A stretch of 64,000 bases of DNA, taken from positions 8,797 to 72,796 of the forward strand of contig JAHLWX010000001.1 of NCBI GenBank assembly GCA_019057675.1, given 5' to 3'. The position numbers and the translations under genes are program-made. A model generated the notes under the pieces. It saw only the letters and a program-made list of their open reading frames with translations. It made no database searches and was not told the DNA's origin. Position 1 is the stretch's first letter. Each line of letters begins with the position of its first letter. This document shows, in pieces, positions 18,006 through 27,269 of this stretch. The DNA is from Candidatus Jordarchaeum sp. LHC_1308 (GTDB taxonomy: Archaea > Asgardarchaeota > Jordiarchaeia > Jordiarchaeales > Freyrarchaeaceae).

Positions 18006-18853
18006 TCAGGGTATGCCCAGAAACTTGTGAACCTGTATGGATAGTGAAACGTTCTCACTTCCCAAATGGCGTGCGGCTGTTTCTGTAAAAGCGCGAAGTT
18101 GTTGGAAACTCGGAGAGCGATAGCCATTCTTAGGGGTTACTGGCTGAATGCACATAGGGCAATTAATTTTCGAAAGCTCGCGTGAGTACCATTCAATGTT
18201 TTCTGGTTTGGTTTTCGAAGTGACTACAACCTTAGCGAAGACCGCCACTCCAGCATCTGAAAGTATCTTTATGGTTTCCAGTTCTAGGTCGACGAGCTTT
18301 CTCCAGTTTTCTGCGGCACCAGCTGATTCATCCTTAATGTCACAGCAGCAGTAGTCTAGCGAATGGGAAATCCTAGCAACGTGTGTAGGCATTGAACCGT
18401 TCGTCTCTAAATACAGTTTGAAGCCTTCATTTTTAAGGGATTCCACTGTTGAAACAAGGAACTCCGGCTGAAACAACGGTTCCCCACCAGTCAGCGATAT
18501 GACGTGGGTATCTGGCGAGTAAAGCCTATGAGCCCACTCAACTATAAAGCTTGGCTCAATAGGGTTTCTGAAACGAAGCTTCTTGTTGGTTAATGTCACT
18601 ATTTTTAAGTGAGTAGGATTAGGCTGTATAGCGTGGGGGGTTTTGCGCTTTTTCGGAGTCGCACCACCCACATCCTCGCCTGCCAAAGGTCCCAAGTCCA
18701 ATGTTACACCCTGAGAAGCGGATAATTCGACGGCATTGAGCCTATATCGTCCGCCGCCCATAGTTTGACCCCTTCACACTTCCACCCTCGCCTTCACCCT
18801 TCCTAATCGGAAGATTGGTAGGAGGAGAAAACTTCACTTACCCACCCTTTCAT
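18006..18853 (-). pseudogene. queE: 7-carboxy-7-deazaguanine synthase (QueE), reading frame disrupted in the N-terminal ~70 codons
   Basis: The 3' part (18006-18640) is intact ('ISLTGGEPLFQPEF', 'YLETNGS'). The N-terminal motifs lie in other frames: 'MKGWVSEVFSS' (ATG 18853), then 'KGEGEGG...GRRTI-TAG-AQCRRIIRFSGCNIGLGTFGRRGCGWCDS'. This gives two or more frameshifts, one at a C6 run near 18636-18641, plus one in-frame TAG. Confidence 0.7.
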
Positions 18854-18885
18854 AAACGCACCACCCTTTGTGATTACTATTTTCT

Positions 18886-19377
18886 ATGGAGGCAAAAGTG
18901 CAAAAAAGTTTAATTAATTTCCCAGAGTTAGCGTGCAAATGGGAAAAGGGGCGCTTAAAATTGTCACTGCTAAGACTACTAGTTCCCAAAACAGAGATAG
19001 ACGTCTGTAGCGTGCGTTCAGTTGAACAGTCGATAGGTAAGGCCGAGAAAGGCTTGGAAGGTTACATTGAAACAACTGCTGTAATTCTTATGCACAAAGA
19101 GGATATGCGTAAAATGGGCGTGAAGAATGGGGGGAAAGTTAAGGTTTCTTCGGCTTATGGATCGGTTGTCGTTAAAGTATACGAAACAGATGAGACTAGG
19201 CCGGGATTGGCACTTATGCCTAACGGGCCATGGTTCAACGCAATAACGGGAGGGGATATACAGGTAACTTGGGGGGACCACTATTATTTAGTGAAGGCTA
19301 TGTTAGAGACGACCGATAAGGAAGTTACTAGGTTGGAGGAGATAGAAGAAAATTTCACTAGGGAGGACAAGGAATGA
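18886..19377 (+). CDS. fwdD: formylmethanofuran dehydrogenase subunit D-like (molybdopterin-dinucleotide-binding barrel)
   Basis: 'VILMHKEDMRKMGVKNGGKVKVSSAYGSVVVKVYETDETRPGLALMPNGPW' is a typical FwdD/FmdD core. Confidence 0.7.
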   Translation: MEAKVQKSLINFPELACKWEKGRLKLSLLRLLVPKTEIDVCSVRSVEQSIGKAEKGLEGYIETTAVILMHKEDMRKMGVKNGGKVKVSSAYGSVVVKVYETDETRPGLALMPNGPWFNAITGGDIQVTWGDHYYLVKAMLETTDKEVTRLEEIEENFTREDKE

Positions 19378-20909
19378 GGGGACTGATCTTAAAAAACGGA
19401 ATGGTTTTTGACCCTCTTAACGGTGTTGAAGGAGAAAAAATGGATATCATGGTTAAAGATGGCGTTGTCGTTGAACAGGTCAACGAAAAGGAGTGCAAGG
19501 TTATAGACGCAAAAGGTAGGATTATAGTTCCAGGGGGAATAGACTGTAACACTCACATAGCATCTCAAACCCTGAACATTGCAAGGATGATAAATGTAAG
19601 TACGCCGTTACCAAAAGATGTTGGGGAATCATATCTGAAAGTAGGATACACGTTCATTGTTGAAGCAGGCTTCCCCTTTTCAAAGGCACTTCATACGCAC
19701 ATAGTGCTTGAAAGGGTACACTCATTAGACAAAGCAGCAATGCTACTCCTTGACTCAAATATGTTCATGATCATGCTCGCTCAAGAAAAAGACGTGGATG
19801 CAGCATCAAAGGCCATAGCGTGGCTTCTAGGGGTGTCTAGAGCTTACGGGGTCAAGCTCGTTAACCCTCTGAGCTCAGAAGCTTGGACATGGAAGAAAGA
19901 GTGGAAGGGTATTAATGAAAAAATAAGGCATTTGGATCTGAGCTCTCTAGAGTACTCTAAGTTCATCTTGTCAGCGATTCGGAGGCTTAACCTTCCGAGC
20001 CCGCTTTATTTACATCCCGATGGGGCAGGGCAGAATGGAGGTTATGAGAAGGCTGCCACAATGCTGGATAGGTTGGCGGATGAGGGAAGGATCCACTTAG
20101 TGAATGCTCACCTCTACGCTTTCGGAAGCGAAAAAGCACACGTTAAGGAGCTTGTGGATCTTCTGAGCTCCAGCGACAATTTGGAGGCTGATGCTGGCTG
20201 CACTATGCTTACTGAGGGCCCCATAGTTTCTCATGACGTATATTTCGTGAAAAGCGTTTTAAAAACGTTGAAGGTGCTGGAACAAATAGAGGTTGAAGGC
20301 ATATCGGCGCTAGCCATGAGGGAAGCGGGAACATGGAGAGAGTTTTTAGCAGCAATGACGTTAATATTAAATACTAGGGAGCGCATGAAGCTTCATTTGT
20401 CGTTAAACAATCCGAATTGCGGGTCGCCATTAGGATACCCGCTCGTGTCAGCGTGGCTGGTAAGTAGCAAGGCACGAGGCGCTATGAATATCGGAGAAGA
20501 GTTACTCAACATTGACGAAGAGTTAACTCTCCAAGACTTGTTCATCATAACTAGGAGCGCGCCAGCGGTGTCTTTGGGGTTAAATGGAAAAGGACGATTA
20601 TCAGTTGGTGCTGATGCAGACATAGCAATCTATGACTTCAATCCCGAGACTATGGATCCAAGTAGGGATTACGAGAAGCTGATGGCGGCTTTTTCAAGAG
20701 CCGTTTACACCATAAAGAACGGAGAAGTCATCGTTAAAGACGGGGAAGTAGTTGGTGAAACGAAGGGGAAAACGTTTTGGGTTAACTGTAAAAGTGAGCC
20801 TTCAACTGAAGCCCTCTCTAGGATGAAAAGATATCTTTCGTTTGACCCAAAACAGGGTGAAGACGCAGATAAGGCTCTGAAAGGAGTATATTGTGGCGTT
20901 GAGGTGTGA
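19374..20909 (+). CDS. fwdA: formylmethanofuran dehydrogenase subunit A-like amidohydrolase (metal-site signatures not conserved)
   Basis: 'ILKNGMVFDPLNGVEGEKMDIMVKDGVV...IDAKGRIIVPGGID' and 'GVGADADIAIYDFNPETMDPS...IKNGEVIVKDGEVV' align with FwdA as I recall it. 'DCNTH' replaces DxHxH and 'SLNNPN' replaces the Asp-containing motif. Confidence 0.7.
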   Translation: MRGLILKNGMVFDPLNGVEGEKMDIMVKDGVVVEQVNEKECKVIDAKGRIIVPGGIDCNTHIASQTLNIARMINVSTPLPKDVGESYLKVGYTFIVEAGFPFSKALHTHIVLERVHSLDKAAMLLLDSNMFMIMLAQEKDVDAASKAIAWLLGVSRAYGVKLVNPLSSEAWTWKKEWKGINEKIRHLDLSSLEYSKFILSAIRRLNLPSPLYLHPDGAGQNGGYEKAATMLDRLADEGRIHLVNAHLYAFGSEKAHVKELVDLLSSSDNLEADAGCTMLTEGPIVSHDVYFVKSVLKTLKVLEQIEVEGISALAMREAGTWREFLAAMTLILNTRERMKLHLSLNNPNCGSPLGYPLVSAWLVSSKARGAMNIGEELLNIDEELTLQDLFIITRSAPAVSLGLNGKGRLSVGADADIAIYDFNPETMDPSRDYEKLMAAFSRAVYTIKNGEVIVKDGEVVGETKGKTFWVNCKSEPSTEALSRMKRYLSFDPKQGEDADKALKGVYCGVEV

Positions 20910-20912
20910 ACG

Positions 20913-21383
20913 ATGTCCAAGCTTAATGCCTACCAAGTTTATAAAATGCTACCGGGAATCAACTGTCAAAAATGCGGAGAGCCCAACTGCATGGTTTTCG
21001 CCGTGAAACTCCTGAAGGGCGAGAAGCGGCCTGAGGACTGCTCACCGCTGGTCGAGGATGAAAAATACAAGGATAAACTTCAACAATTGAAAGAAATATT
21101 TTCCCCCAAGGATGCTGTGGCCGAAACAGGACTTGTGATTCACTTCGAAAAGTGTACTGGTTGCGGCAACTGCGTCGTGGGGTGTCCTGCTATAGCAGCA
21201 GAGTGCCCTCTCATAGGGAGCGGGAAAGGTGAAGTAAAAGACAATGTGGTCTTTAGAGTGGAGAACGGGAAAATAAAAGTGATTGATCTTACAAAATGTA
21301 GAAGATATGGTCCAATAAAGACTTGTCGAGTATGCGAAATGTACTGTTTCAGTGGCGCCATAGAGTTAAGAGCAGTAGCCTGA
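20913..21383 (+). CDS. Fe-S protein: N-terminal 'LPGxNCxxCG' Fe-S domain plus ferredoxin-type clusters (FwdG/F-like electron carrier)
   Basis: 'LPGINCQKCGEPNCMVFA', 'CTGCGNCVVGCP' and 'CRVCEMYC'. Embedded between the fwdA-like and fwdB-like genes. Confidence 0.65.
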   Translation: MSKLNAYQVYKMLPGINCQKCGEPNCMVFAVKLLKGEKRPEDCSPLVEDEKYKDKLQQLKEIFSPKDAVAETGLVIHFEKCTGCGNCVVGCPAIAAECPLIGSGKGEVKDNVVFRVENGKIKVIDLTKCRRYGPIKTCRVCEMYCFSGAIELRAVA

Positions 21384-21426
21384 AAGCTAGAGGAACCTCA
21401 ACTAACTAGGTGAGGGGGAGAATGGT

Positions 21427-22722
21427 TTGAGGTTTAAAACGGTCTGCACCGGTTGTAGTCTCCTCTGTGACGACGTCTTAGTTGACTTGGAAGGAGAAAG
21501 GATGGTTTCCACGTTCAATCTTTGTGGTCACGGTGAGGAGAAGTTTCTGAGGACGCATAGTGCTGAAAGGCTTCTTAAACCATTTATAAGAGGCTTGAAT
21601 GGCGAGAAAGAAGTTTCTTTTAGTGAAGCTACCGATAAGGCGGCGGATATTTTACTAGAGGCTGAGAGGCCTGTCCTTTGGGGCTGGGGGACTTCCTCTA
21701 TTGAGGCACAAATGGCGGGAATAGAACTGGCACGTGAAATCAAGGGAGTGATCGACAGTACTGGATCCATATGTCACGGGATTACGTGGCATGCTGCCTC
21801 AGAAAGCGGGTTACCTACAGCTACCTTAGGCGAGGTGATGAACAGGGCTGATGTCGTTGTTTATTGGGGCAGTGACCCGGGTCATTCGCATCCTCGCCAC
21901 ATTAGCCGTTATAGCGTTCTTCCCAGAGGTATTTATACGCAGAGCGGCTATGAACAAAGACGGGTTTACGTGTTCGACATAAGAAGGACAAGAATAGGAA
22001 AAATTGCTAATGTTTTAATTGAGGTGGAACCAAACAAGGATTATGAACTAATAACAGCCATGCGGCTTCTTTTGAGGGGAAAAAAACTGCAATTTGATAG
22101 TGTTGCGGGCGTTTCAATTAAGACTCTTGAGAAGGTAGTTCAAGAATGGAAGGAAAGGGACTTCGGCGTAGTGTTTTACGGCATGGGGCTGCTAGCCAGC
22201 CGGGGCAAATATCGGAACCTAGAAGTGCTTCTCAAGTTGGTGTGGGAGATAAATGAGTATACGCGCTTCGTAGCACTACCGATGGCTGGGCACTTCAACA
22301 CCATTGGGTTTAACCACATCGCAACGTGGCTTACAGGATATCCTTTTGGCGTAGATTTCAGTAAAGGTGTTCCCTACTCTAACCCCGGGGAAACGACGTT
22401 CGTTGAAATGCTTCAAAGAGACGAGGTCGATGCTGCACTCGTAATAGGATCTAACCCCATATCGAGCTTTCCAGCTAGATTGGCAAGAAAGCTCACCCAG
22501 ATCCCTCTAATAGTCGTTGACTGCTTCAAGACGCTCACGGTGAAGCATGCCACAGTAGCGATCCCAGCCGCTATAACGGGGGTAGAGGCGGGAGGCGTAG
22601 CTTACAGGATGGATTCTGTCCCAATAATTTTGAGGGAGTTTCTTAGCCCGCCGGAAAACGTTCTCAGTGACGTAGGGGTCATTCAGAGTATAGTTGAAAG
22701 TGTAAGGAGAAGGAAAACTTAA
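21427..22722 (+). CDS. fwdB: formylmethanofuran dehydrogenase subunit B-like molybdopterin oxidoreductase
   Basis: N-terminal cluster motif 'VCTGCSLLCDDV...NLCGHG'. Candidate metal-ligand Cys in 'DSTGSICHGITW'. TTG start follows GGTGAGGGGGAG. Confidence 0.75.
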   Translation: MRFKTVCTGCSLLCDDVLVDLEGERMVSTFNLCGHGEEKFLRTHSAERLLKPFIRGLNGEKEVSFSEATDKAADILLEAERPVLWGWGTSSIEAQMAGIELAREIKGVIDSTGSICHGITWHAASESGLPTATLGEVMNRADVVVYWGSDPGHSHPRHISRYSVLPRGIYTQSGYEQRRVYVFDIRRTRIGKIANVLIEVEPNKDYELITAMRLLLRGKKLQFDSVAGVSIKTLEKVVQEWKERDFGVVFYGMGLLASRGKYRNLEVLLKLVWEINEYTRFVALPMAGHFNTIGFNHIATWLTGYPFGVDFSKGVPYSNPGETTFVEMLQRDEVDAALVIGSNPISSFPARLARKLTQIPLIVVDCFKTLTVKHATVAIPAAITGVEAGGVAYRMDSVPIILREFLSPPENVLSDVGVIQSIVESVRRRKT

Positions 22723-23273
22723 GGCGGAACTACTAGAAACTTTACCGCTAAGAAGGGGTTAAGGACTAAACTTTTTCTCAAGATGCGCATGCCAGAATAT
22801 GGATAGAATAGGGTTAATGCGCCTACTTTTTTCCCGTAAAGTTCTATGAGTAGCTTTGATATGCGTCTTGCTTCTCTGGCTTGTGATGCGAAGAGGCGAG
22901 ATGCCAACGCCATGTAAGGTTTAAGCATTAGGAAGTTGCCAAAGATGAGGATGAATGTCGTCATAGTAGCTAGTAAGGAAGAGAGAGGTAAACTTAAAGA
23001 GGGAGGGAGGAGCGGGTATGCGAAGGTAAGGAGGAAAACTGCGAAAGTTAAGAGTAAAAGTAGGCGGAATGGTGGGCTACGCCTGTAGAAGCGTTGCACC
23101 TCATTTAGCCCCTTAAGAAGTGCTTTGAGTTCATTGCTGTCCACATGTTGCCGCAGGAAAAGGTATGCTTGGCGAGTTTGCAGGATGCTGTAGAGGAGTG
23201 GAGGTTTAAGCGATGCAAAGGCGTCTAGTTCCTCGATGACACGCCTCACTAGGTTGATATCATCTTTACTCAT
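22719..23273 (-). CDS. hypothetical membrane protein
   Basis: Soluble N-terminal third, then hydrophobic segments ('LLLLLTFAVFLLTFAYPLLPP', 'LLATMTTFILIFGNFLML'). Confidence 0.5.
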   Translation of the reverse strand: MSKDDINLVRRVIEELDAFASLKPPLLYSILQTRQAYLFLRQHVDSNELKALLKGLNEVQRFYRRSPPFRLLLLLTFAVFLLTFAYPLLPPSLSLPLSSLLATMTTFILIFGNFLMLKPYMALASRLFASQAREARRISKLLIELYGKKVGALTLFYPYSGMRILRKSLVLNPFLAVKFLVVPP

Positions 23274-23305
23274 ATGGCCTCACGTACAACAAGAGCTAAA
23301 GGGGC

Positions 23306-23827
23306 CTATTTCTCCGAGAAAAGCGCTATGTATTCTTGAGCCAGCTTCCGATATGTTTCTATTCCCGCTTTTACTGCTTCAACAGTCTCTGGGGGAAGAG
23401 TTTTCTTGAGTTGAGCTGGCGCGCCCACTATGAGGCTGTTCTCGGGAAACTCCTTTCCCTCCGTGACTATGGATCCAGCACCAACTATTGATCCTGAACC
23501 TATCTTTGCTCTGTTAAGTATAATGCTTCCCATGCCTATCACCGTGTTGCTTCCCACAATGCAGCCATGCAGAACTGAATTATGGCCCACTACAACGTCG
23601 TCGCCGATCCGGCAAGGGTTACCGGGGTCTGCATGAATAGTTACGTTATCCTGGATGTTTGTTCTCTCTCCGATTTCTATGAGTTCGAGGTCGCCACGTA
23701 TAACGGCGCCAAACCATATGCTTGCGTCCCTTGCTACTTTAACGTTACCAATTATTGTAGCGTTTGGAGCTATAAAAACGGACGTGTGAAGCTGAGGCGA
23801 TTTACCCCTGAAGGCATAAACTGGCAT
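23306..23827 (-). CDS. gamma-carbonic-anhydrase-like / hexapeptide-repeat protein (paralogue of 7059-7577)
   Basis: 'PQLHTSVFIAPNATIIGNVKVARDASIWFGAVIRGD...IHADPG' and LbH repeats. 173 aa. Confidence 0.8.
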   Translation of the reverse strand: MPVYAFRGKSPQLHTSVFIAPNATIIGNVKVARDASIWFGAVIRGDLELIEIGERTNIQDNVTIHADPGNPCRIGDDVVVGHNSVLHGCIVGSNTVIGMGSIILNRAKIGSGSIVGAGSIVTEGKEFPENSLIVGAPAQLKKTLPPETVEAVKAGIETYRKLAQEYIALFSEK

Positions 23828-23843
23828 TATGAGGCCTCCATGA

Positions 23844-24698
23844 TTAGAACGATTTTCCAGTCTTCGTTTTATCTTTTTTAAGGTATTCTCCTATGGGAAG
23901 GAGTGTGGAGCCTTTATCTTCGAGATAGGTTATGAGACTGTAGAGGAGGGAGACGTTCTCCTGGACTTGCTGAGGCGAGAGCTTTAAGTTAGATGAAATC
24001 CTGTATGCGAGGTGCCACGTGTGGGTCGATATCACCAGTAAGCCACCATCATCGTTCGCTAAGTATACGTCGAGTATTTGCTTAAATTCATCTATGCTTC
24101 TTTTTCCCTCATGTAGGGTCCAAGTGTAGAGCGACGCCTTTCTTTCTCCTAGGGGATATAGGGGGAGAGGAATCTCGTACACCTTGCACCCTAAAGGGTA
24201 TGGGTGAGGGGGTTTAAATGACTCCAAGTAAATGGAAGAGTCGTACCTGTAATTTAGAGTTCTTAGTATTTCGCCTAGGTTGGGTGTGGTGGACAGGTAT
24301 GGTGCCCTGAAGCCTGTCGGCTTTGATCTCGTAATTTTCGATATTATCTCCGTGGCTTTCTTTATTAGTGCCAGCTGTCGAGGTGGAGATATTGAAATCC
24401 CAGTGTATTTTCCAGCGAGGTCTTCGTGATCCAGCCCGTGACATCCTATTTCGTTTCTCGTAATGATGCTGACTAGTGCTTCTTCCTGAGCATTTATGTG
24501 CTGAAGCGCTCTGGCTTCGATAAAAAAGGTCGCCTTTATCCCTGTTTCCTCCAGTATGCTGGAAAGCGCCTTTAACCCTTTGATCGTACATGTGAAGCTA
24601 GGTTTGCACTCAGGAGAATAACTTGCGGCCTTTAGCGCCCCGCTTACTGGGACTGGATAGTCGCGATCTAGGTCTATTGTAAGGGCGACGTAAGGCAT
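23844..24698 (-). CDS. polysaccharide deacetylase (NodB-homology) family protein
   Basis: 'LTIDLDRD', 'ATFFIEA' and 'IGCHGLDHEDL'. Confidence 0.6.
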   Translation of the reverse strand: MPYVALTIDLDRDYPVPVSGALKAASYSPECKPSFTCTIKGLKALSSILEETGIKATFFIEARALQHINAQEEALVSIITRNEIGCHGLDHEDLAGKYTGISISPPRQLALIKKATEIISKITRSKPTGFRAPYLSTTPNLGEILRTLNYRYDSSIYLESFKPPHPYPLGCKVYEIPLPLYPLGERKASLYTWTLHEGKRSIDEFKQILDVYLANDDGGLLVISTHTWHLAYRISSNLKLSPQQVQENVSLLYSLITYLEDKGSTLLPIGEYLKKDKTKTGKSF

Positions 24699-24843
24699 TG
24701 TTCGCGCTCCTAAAAGTTCCTGTTCACGAGACGAATAGTTGGAATCTTTAAAAATCCTTGCGGTATCTGGAACGATACTTTTTTAGTAAAACACTCATCG
24801 TTATTAAACGAATGTTTCCTAACTGCATTTAGGAGGTTTAATC

Positions 24844-25698
24844 ATGGTTGCTAGAATTATTGATGGACGTAGTGTTGCAGCTGAAGTCAGGAAGCAAGCA
24901 GCTGAGGAGGCCAAGTTACTTTGGGAGGAGCATGGCGTACGTCCGGGATTAGCTGCTATTTTAGTGGGTAATGACCCTGCTTCGGAGGTTTACGTTGGAT
25001 TAAAGCAAAAGGCCTGTGAGGAGGCGGCTTTCACTTTCAGAAGGATAACGCTACCAGAGGAAGCGAGCGAAGAGGAGGTAATGGAGCAAATTCATAAGCT
25101 TAATACTGATGAACATATTCATGGTGTGATGGTTCAACTTCCACTACCGCCTCATTTAAATGAGAACAAAATAATAGACACGCTTTCCCCTGAGAAGGAT
25201 GTAGACGGACTCCACCCAGTTAACATGGGACGCCTCTTGCTGGGCGATGAAGGGATTACTCCATGCACACCTACGGGAATAATCACCCTCCTTGAAAGGG
25301 AGGGGGTCGCCCTTCGAGGGAAGCACGTTGTAATAGTCAATAGAAGCAAGATCGTTGGCCGGCCACTAATGGTTATGATGATTAATAGGGACGCCACGGT
25401 TACCGTATGTCACTCTAAAACAGTCAACCTTGCAGGGCACACTAGAGCCGCGGACATCTTGGTTGTTGCCGTAGGAAAGCCAAGGTTCATTACGGAGGAT
25501 ATGGTGAGGGAGGGAGCTGTCGTAGTTGATGTGGGGATTAATAGGGTTGAGGGGAGAATAGTGGGGGATGTAGATTTCGACATGGTAAAGGAGAAGGCTG
25601 CCGCCATAACGCCTGTTCCCGGCGGTGTGGGTCCTATGACCGTGGCGATGCTCTTGATGAACGTGCTTAAAGCTGCTAAACGCAGCGTAGAGAAATAA
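24844..25698 (+). CDS. folD: bifunctional 5,10-methylene-tetrahydrofolate dehydrogenase / methenyl-THF cyclohydrolase
   Basis: 'IIDGRSVAAEVR', 'PGLAAILVGNDPASEVYV', 'VQLPLPPHL', 'KDVDGLHP', 'IVGRPL' and 'TPVPGGVGPMT'. Confidence 0.92.
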   Translation: MVARIIDGRSVAAEVRKQAAEEAKLLWEEHGVRPGLAAILVGNDPASEVYVGLKQKACEEAAFTFRRITLPEEASEEEVMEQIHKLNTDEHIHGVMVQLPLPPHLNENKIIDTLSPEKDVDGLHPVNMGRLLLGDEGITPCTPTGIITLLEREGVALRGKHVVIVNRSKIVGRPLMVMMINRDATVTVCHSKTVNLAGHTRAADILVVAVGKPRFITEDMVREGAVVVDVGINRVEGRIVGDVDFDMVKEKAAAITPVPGGVGPMTVAMLLMNVLKAAKRSVEK

Positions 25699-25711
25699 GG
25701 AGGAGGTAGGT

Positions 25712-27247
25712 ATGAAGGTTAAGCGCGCGTTGATAAGCGTCTGGAACAAGAAGGGCATAATTGAGTTAGCTAAAGCCCTTCATGAAATGGGTGTCGAGAT
25801 AATCGCAACAGAGGGAACTGCTAAAACGCTTGAGGGGATACCTGTTAGGAGGATATCAGAGTTGACAGGATTTGCTGAGGCGCTAGAGGGTAGAGTTAAG
25901 ACCTTGCACCCCTACATTTACAGCGCTATTCTGGCAAGAAACAGAGATGAAGATTTGAGACAACTCGAAAAGATGGGAGTTGATCCGATAGACCTCGTCG
26001 TAGTTAACCTTTACCCCTTTACGGAGGTGGCAGCGAAAAACGAGAAGCTAGACGTACTCGTGGAGAACATAGATATTGGAGGGGTAAGCTTGGTCAGGGC
26101 TGCCGCGAAAAACTTTGAAAGAGTTGCCGTTGTGGTTGACCCAAGGGATTACAGTTTAATTCTTGAGGAGCTGAAGAATTATGGAGAAGTACGGGAAGAG
26201 ACCAAGAGAATGCTTGCAGTAAAGGCATTTTCATATACTTCAGGGTATGATGACGCCATAACTCAGTCCCTCTCTAGTAGGCTCTTAGGAAGAAAGGAAA
26301 TGCCTGAGGTATTTACTTTAAGGTTCGTTAAAGTGCAGGACTTAAGGTATGGCGAGAACCCACACCAGAAAGCTGCCCTCTACAGGGAGATTGCCCCAAT
26401 GGTTAGCGGAGCAATAGTTGATGCTGTTCAGCTCCAAGGCAAGGAGCTTTCATTTAACAATATTCTCGACCTTAACGCAGCGGTTGAAATAGTGAGAGAG
26501 TTCTCGAAGCCTATGGCGGTTGTAATTAAACACACGAACCCATGCGGGGCAGCAATAGGAGAAACGATGCATGATGCTTATGTGAAGGCCAGAGAAAGCG
26601 ATCCGGTATCAGCGTATGGAAGCATAGTAGGTTTAAGCGGAGAAGTGGATCTTGAAACGGCAAAGGAGGTCACGTCAACATTTGTCGAGGCAGTCATTGC
26701 GCCCAGTTACACTGAAAGTGCTTTGGAGGAGCTTAAAAAGAAGGAAAGCTTAAGAGTGCTTGCGCTTTCCAACCTTGAGAGGCGGAAGGCAAGTATCGAC
26801 TTTAGAAGAGTAGTCGGTGGGCTACTAGTCCAAAGTGAAGACTTGACAGAGGAGGACTTTCCAGATTTCAAAGTGGTTACTGCTAGGGAACCAACAGAAA
26901 GAGAAATTCAATCAGCCTTGTTTGGATGGAAAATAGTCAAACATGTGAAGTCAAATGCGATAGTTGTCGCTAACGGGGAATGGGTCGTAGGCGTAGGAGC
27001 GGGGCAAATGAGCAGGGTGGACTCGGCAAAGATCGCCCTAGAGAAAGCGGGAGGCAGGGCTAAGGGAGGAGCGCTTGCATCGGATGGATTCATTCCCTTC
27101 AGGGATACCGTTGACGCTGCCGCCGAGGCTGGGATAACATGCATAATACAGCCTGGTGGCTCTAAAAGAGACGAAGAGGTTATAGAGGCAGCAAACGAGC
27201 ACGGTATGGCCATGATACACACGGGAATAAGGCACTTCAAGCACTAA
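25712..27247 (+). CDS. purH: bifunctional AICAR transformylase / IMP cyclohydrolase
   Basis: MGS-like N-terminus 'RALISVWNKKGIIELAK...IIATEGTAK', 'RVKTLHP', 'LRYGENPHQ' and 'ASDGFIPFRD'. Confidence 0.92.
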   Translation: MKVKRALISVWNKKGIIELAKALHEMGVEIIATEGTAKTLEGIPVRRISELTGFAEALEGRVKTLHPYIYSAILARNRDEDLRQLEKMGVDPIDLVVVNLYPFTEVAAKNEKLDVLVENIDIGGVSLVRAAAKNFERVAVVVDPRDYSLILEELKNYGEVREETKRMLAVKAFSYTSGYDDAITQSLSSRLLGRKEMPEVFTLRFVKVQDLRYGENPHQKAALYREIAPMVSGAIVDAVQLQGKELSFNNILDLNAAVEIVREFSKPMAVVIKHTNPCGAAIGETMHDAYVKARESDPVSAYGSIVGLSGEVDLETAKEVTSTFVEAVIAPSYTESALEELKKKESLRVLALSNLERRKASIDFRRVVGGLLVQSEDLTEEDFPDFKVVTAREPTEREIQSALFGWKIVKHVKSNAIVVANGEWVVGVGAGQMSRVDSAKIALEKAGGRAKGGALASDGFIPFRDTVDAAAEAGITCIIQPGGSKRDEEVIEAANEHGMAMIHTGIRHFKH

Positions 27248-27269
27248 GCAGGATAAGGGAGGGGGGAAC

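Noticed and set aside
18739-18741. The in-frame TAG in the queE N-terminal frame was considered as a recoded (pyrrolysine-type) codon.
   Set aside because: It is accompanied by at least two frameshifts within 200 bp, and no pyl genes are visible. Decay or sequence error is far more likely.
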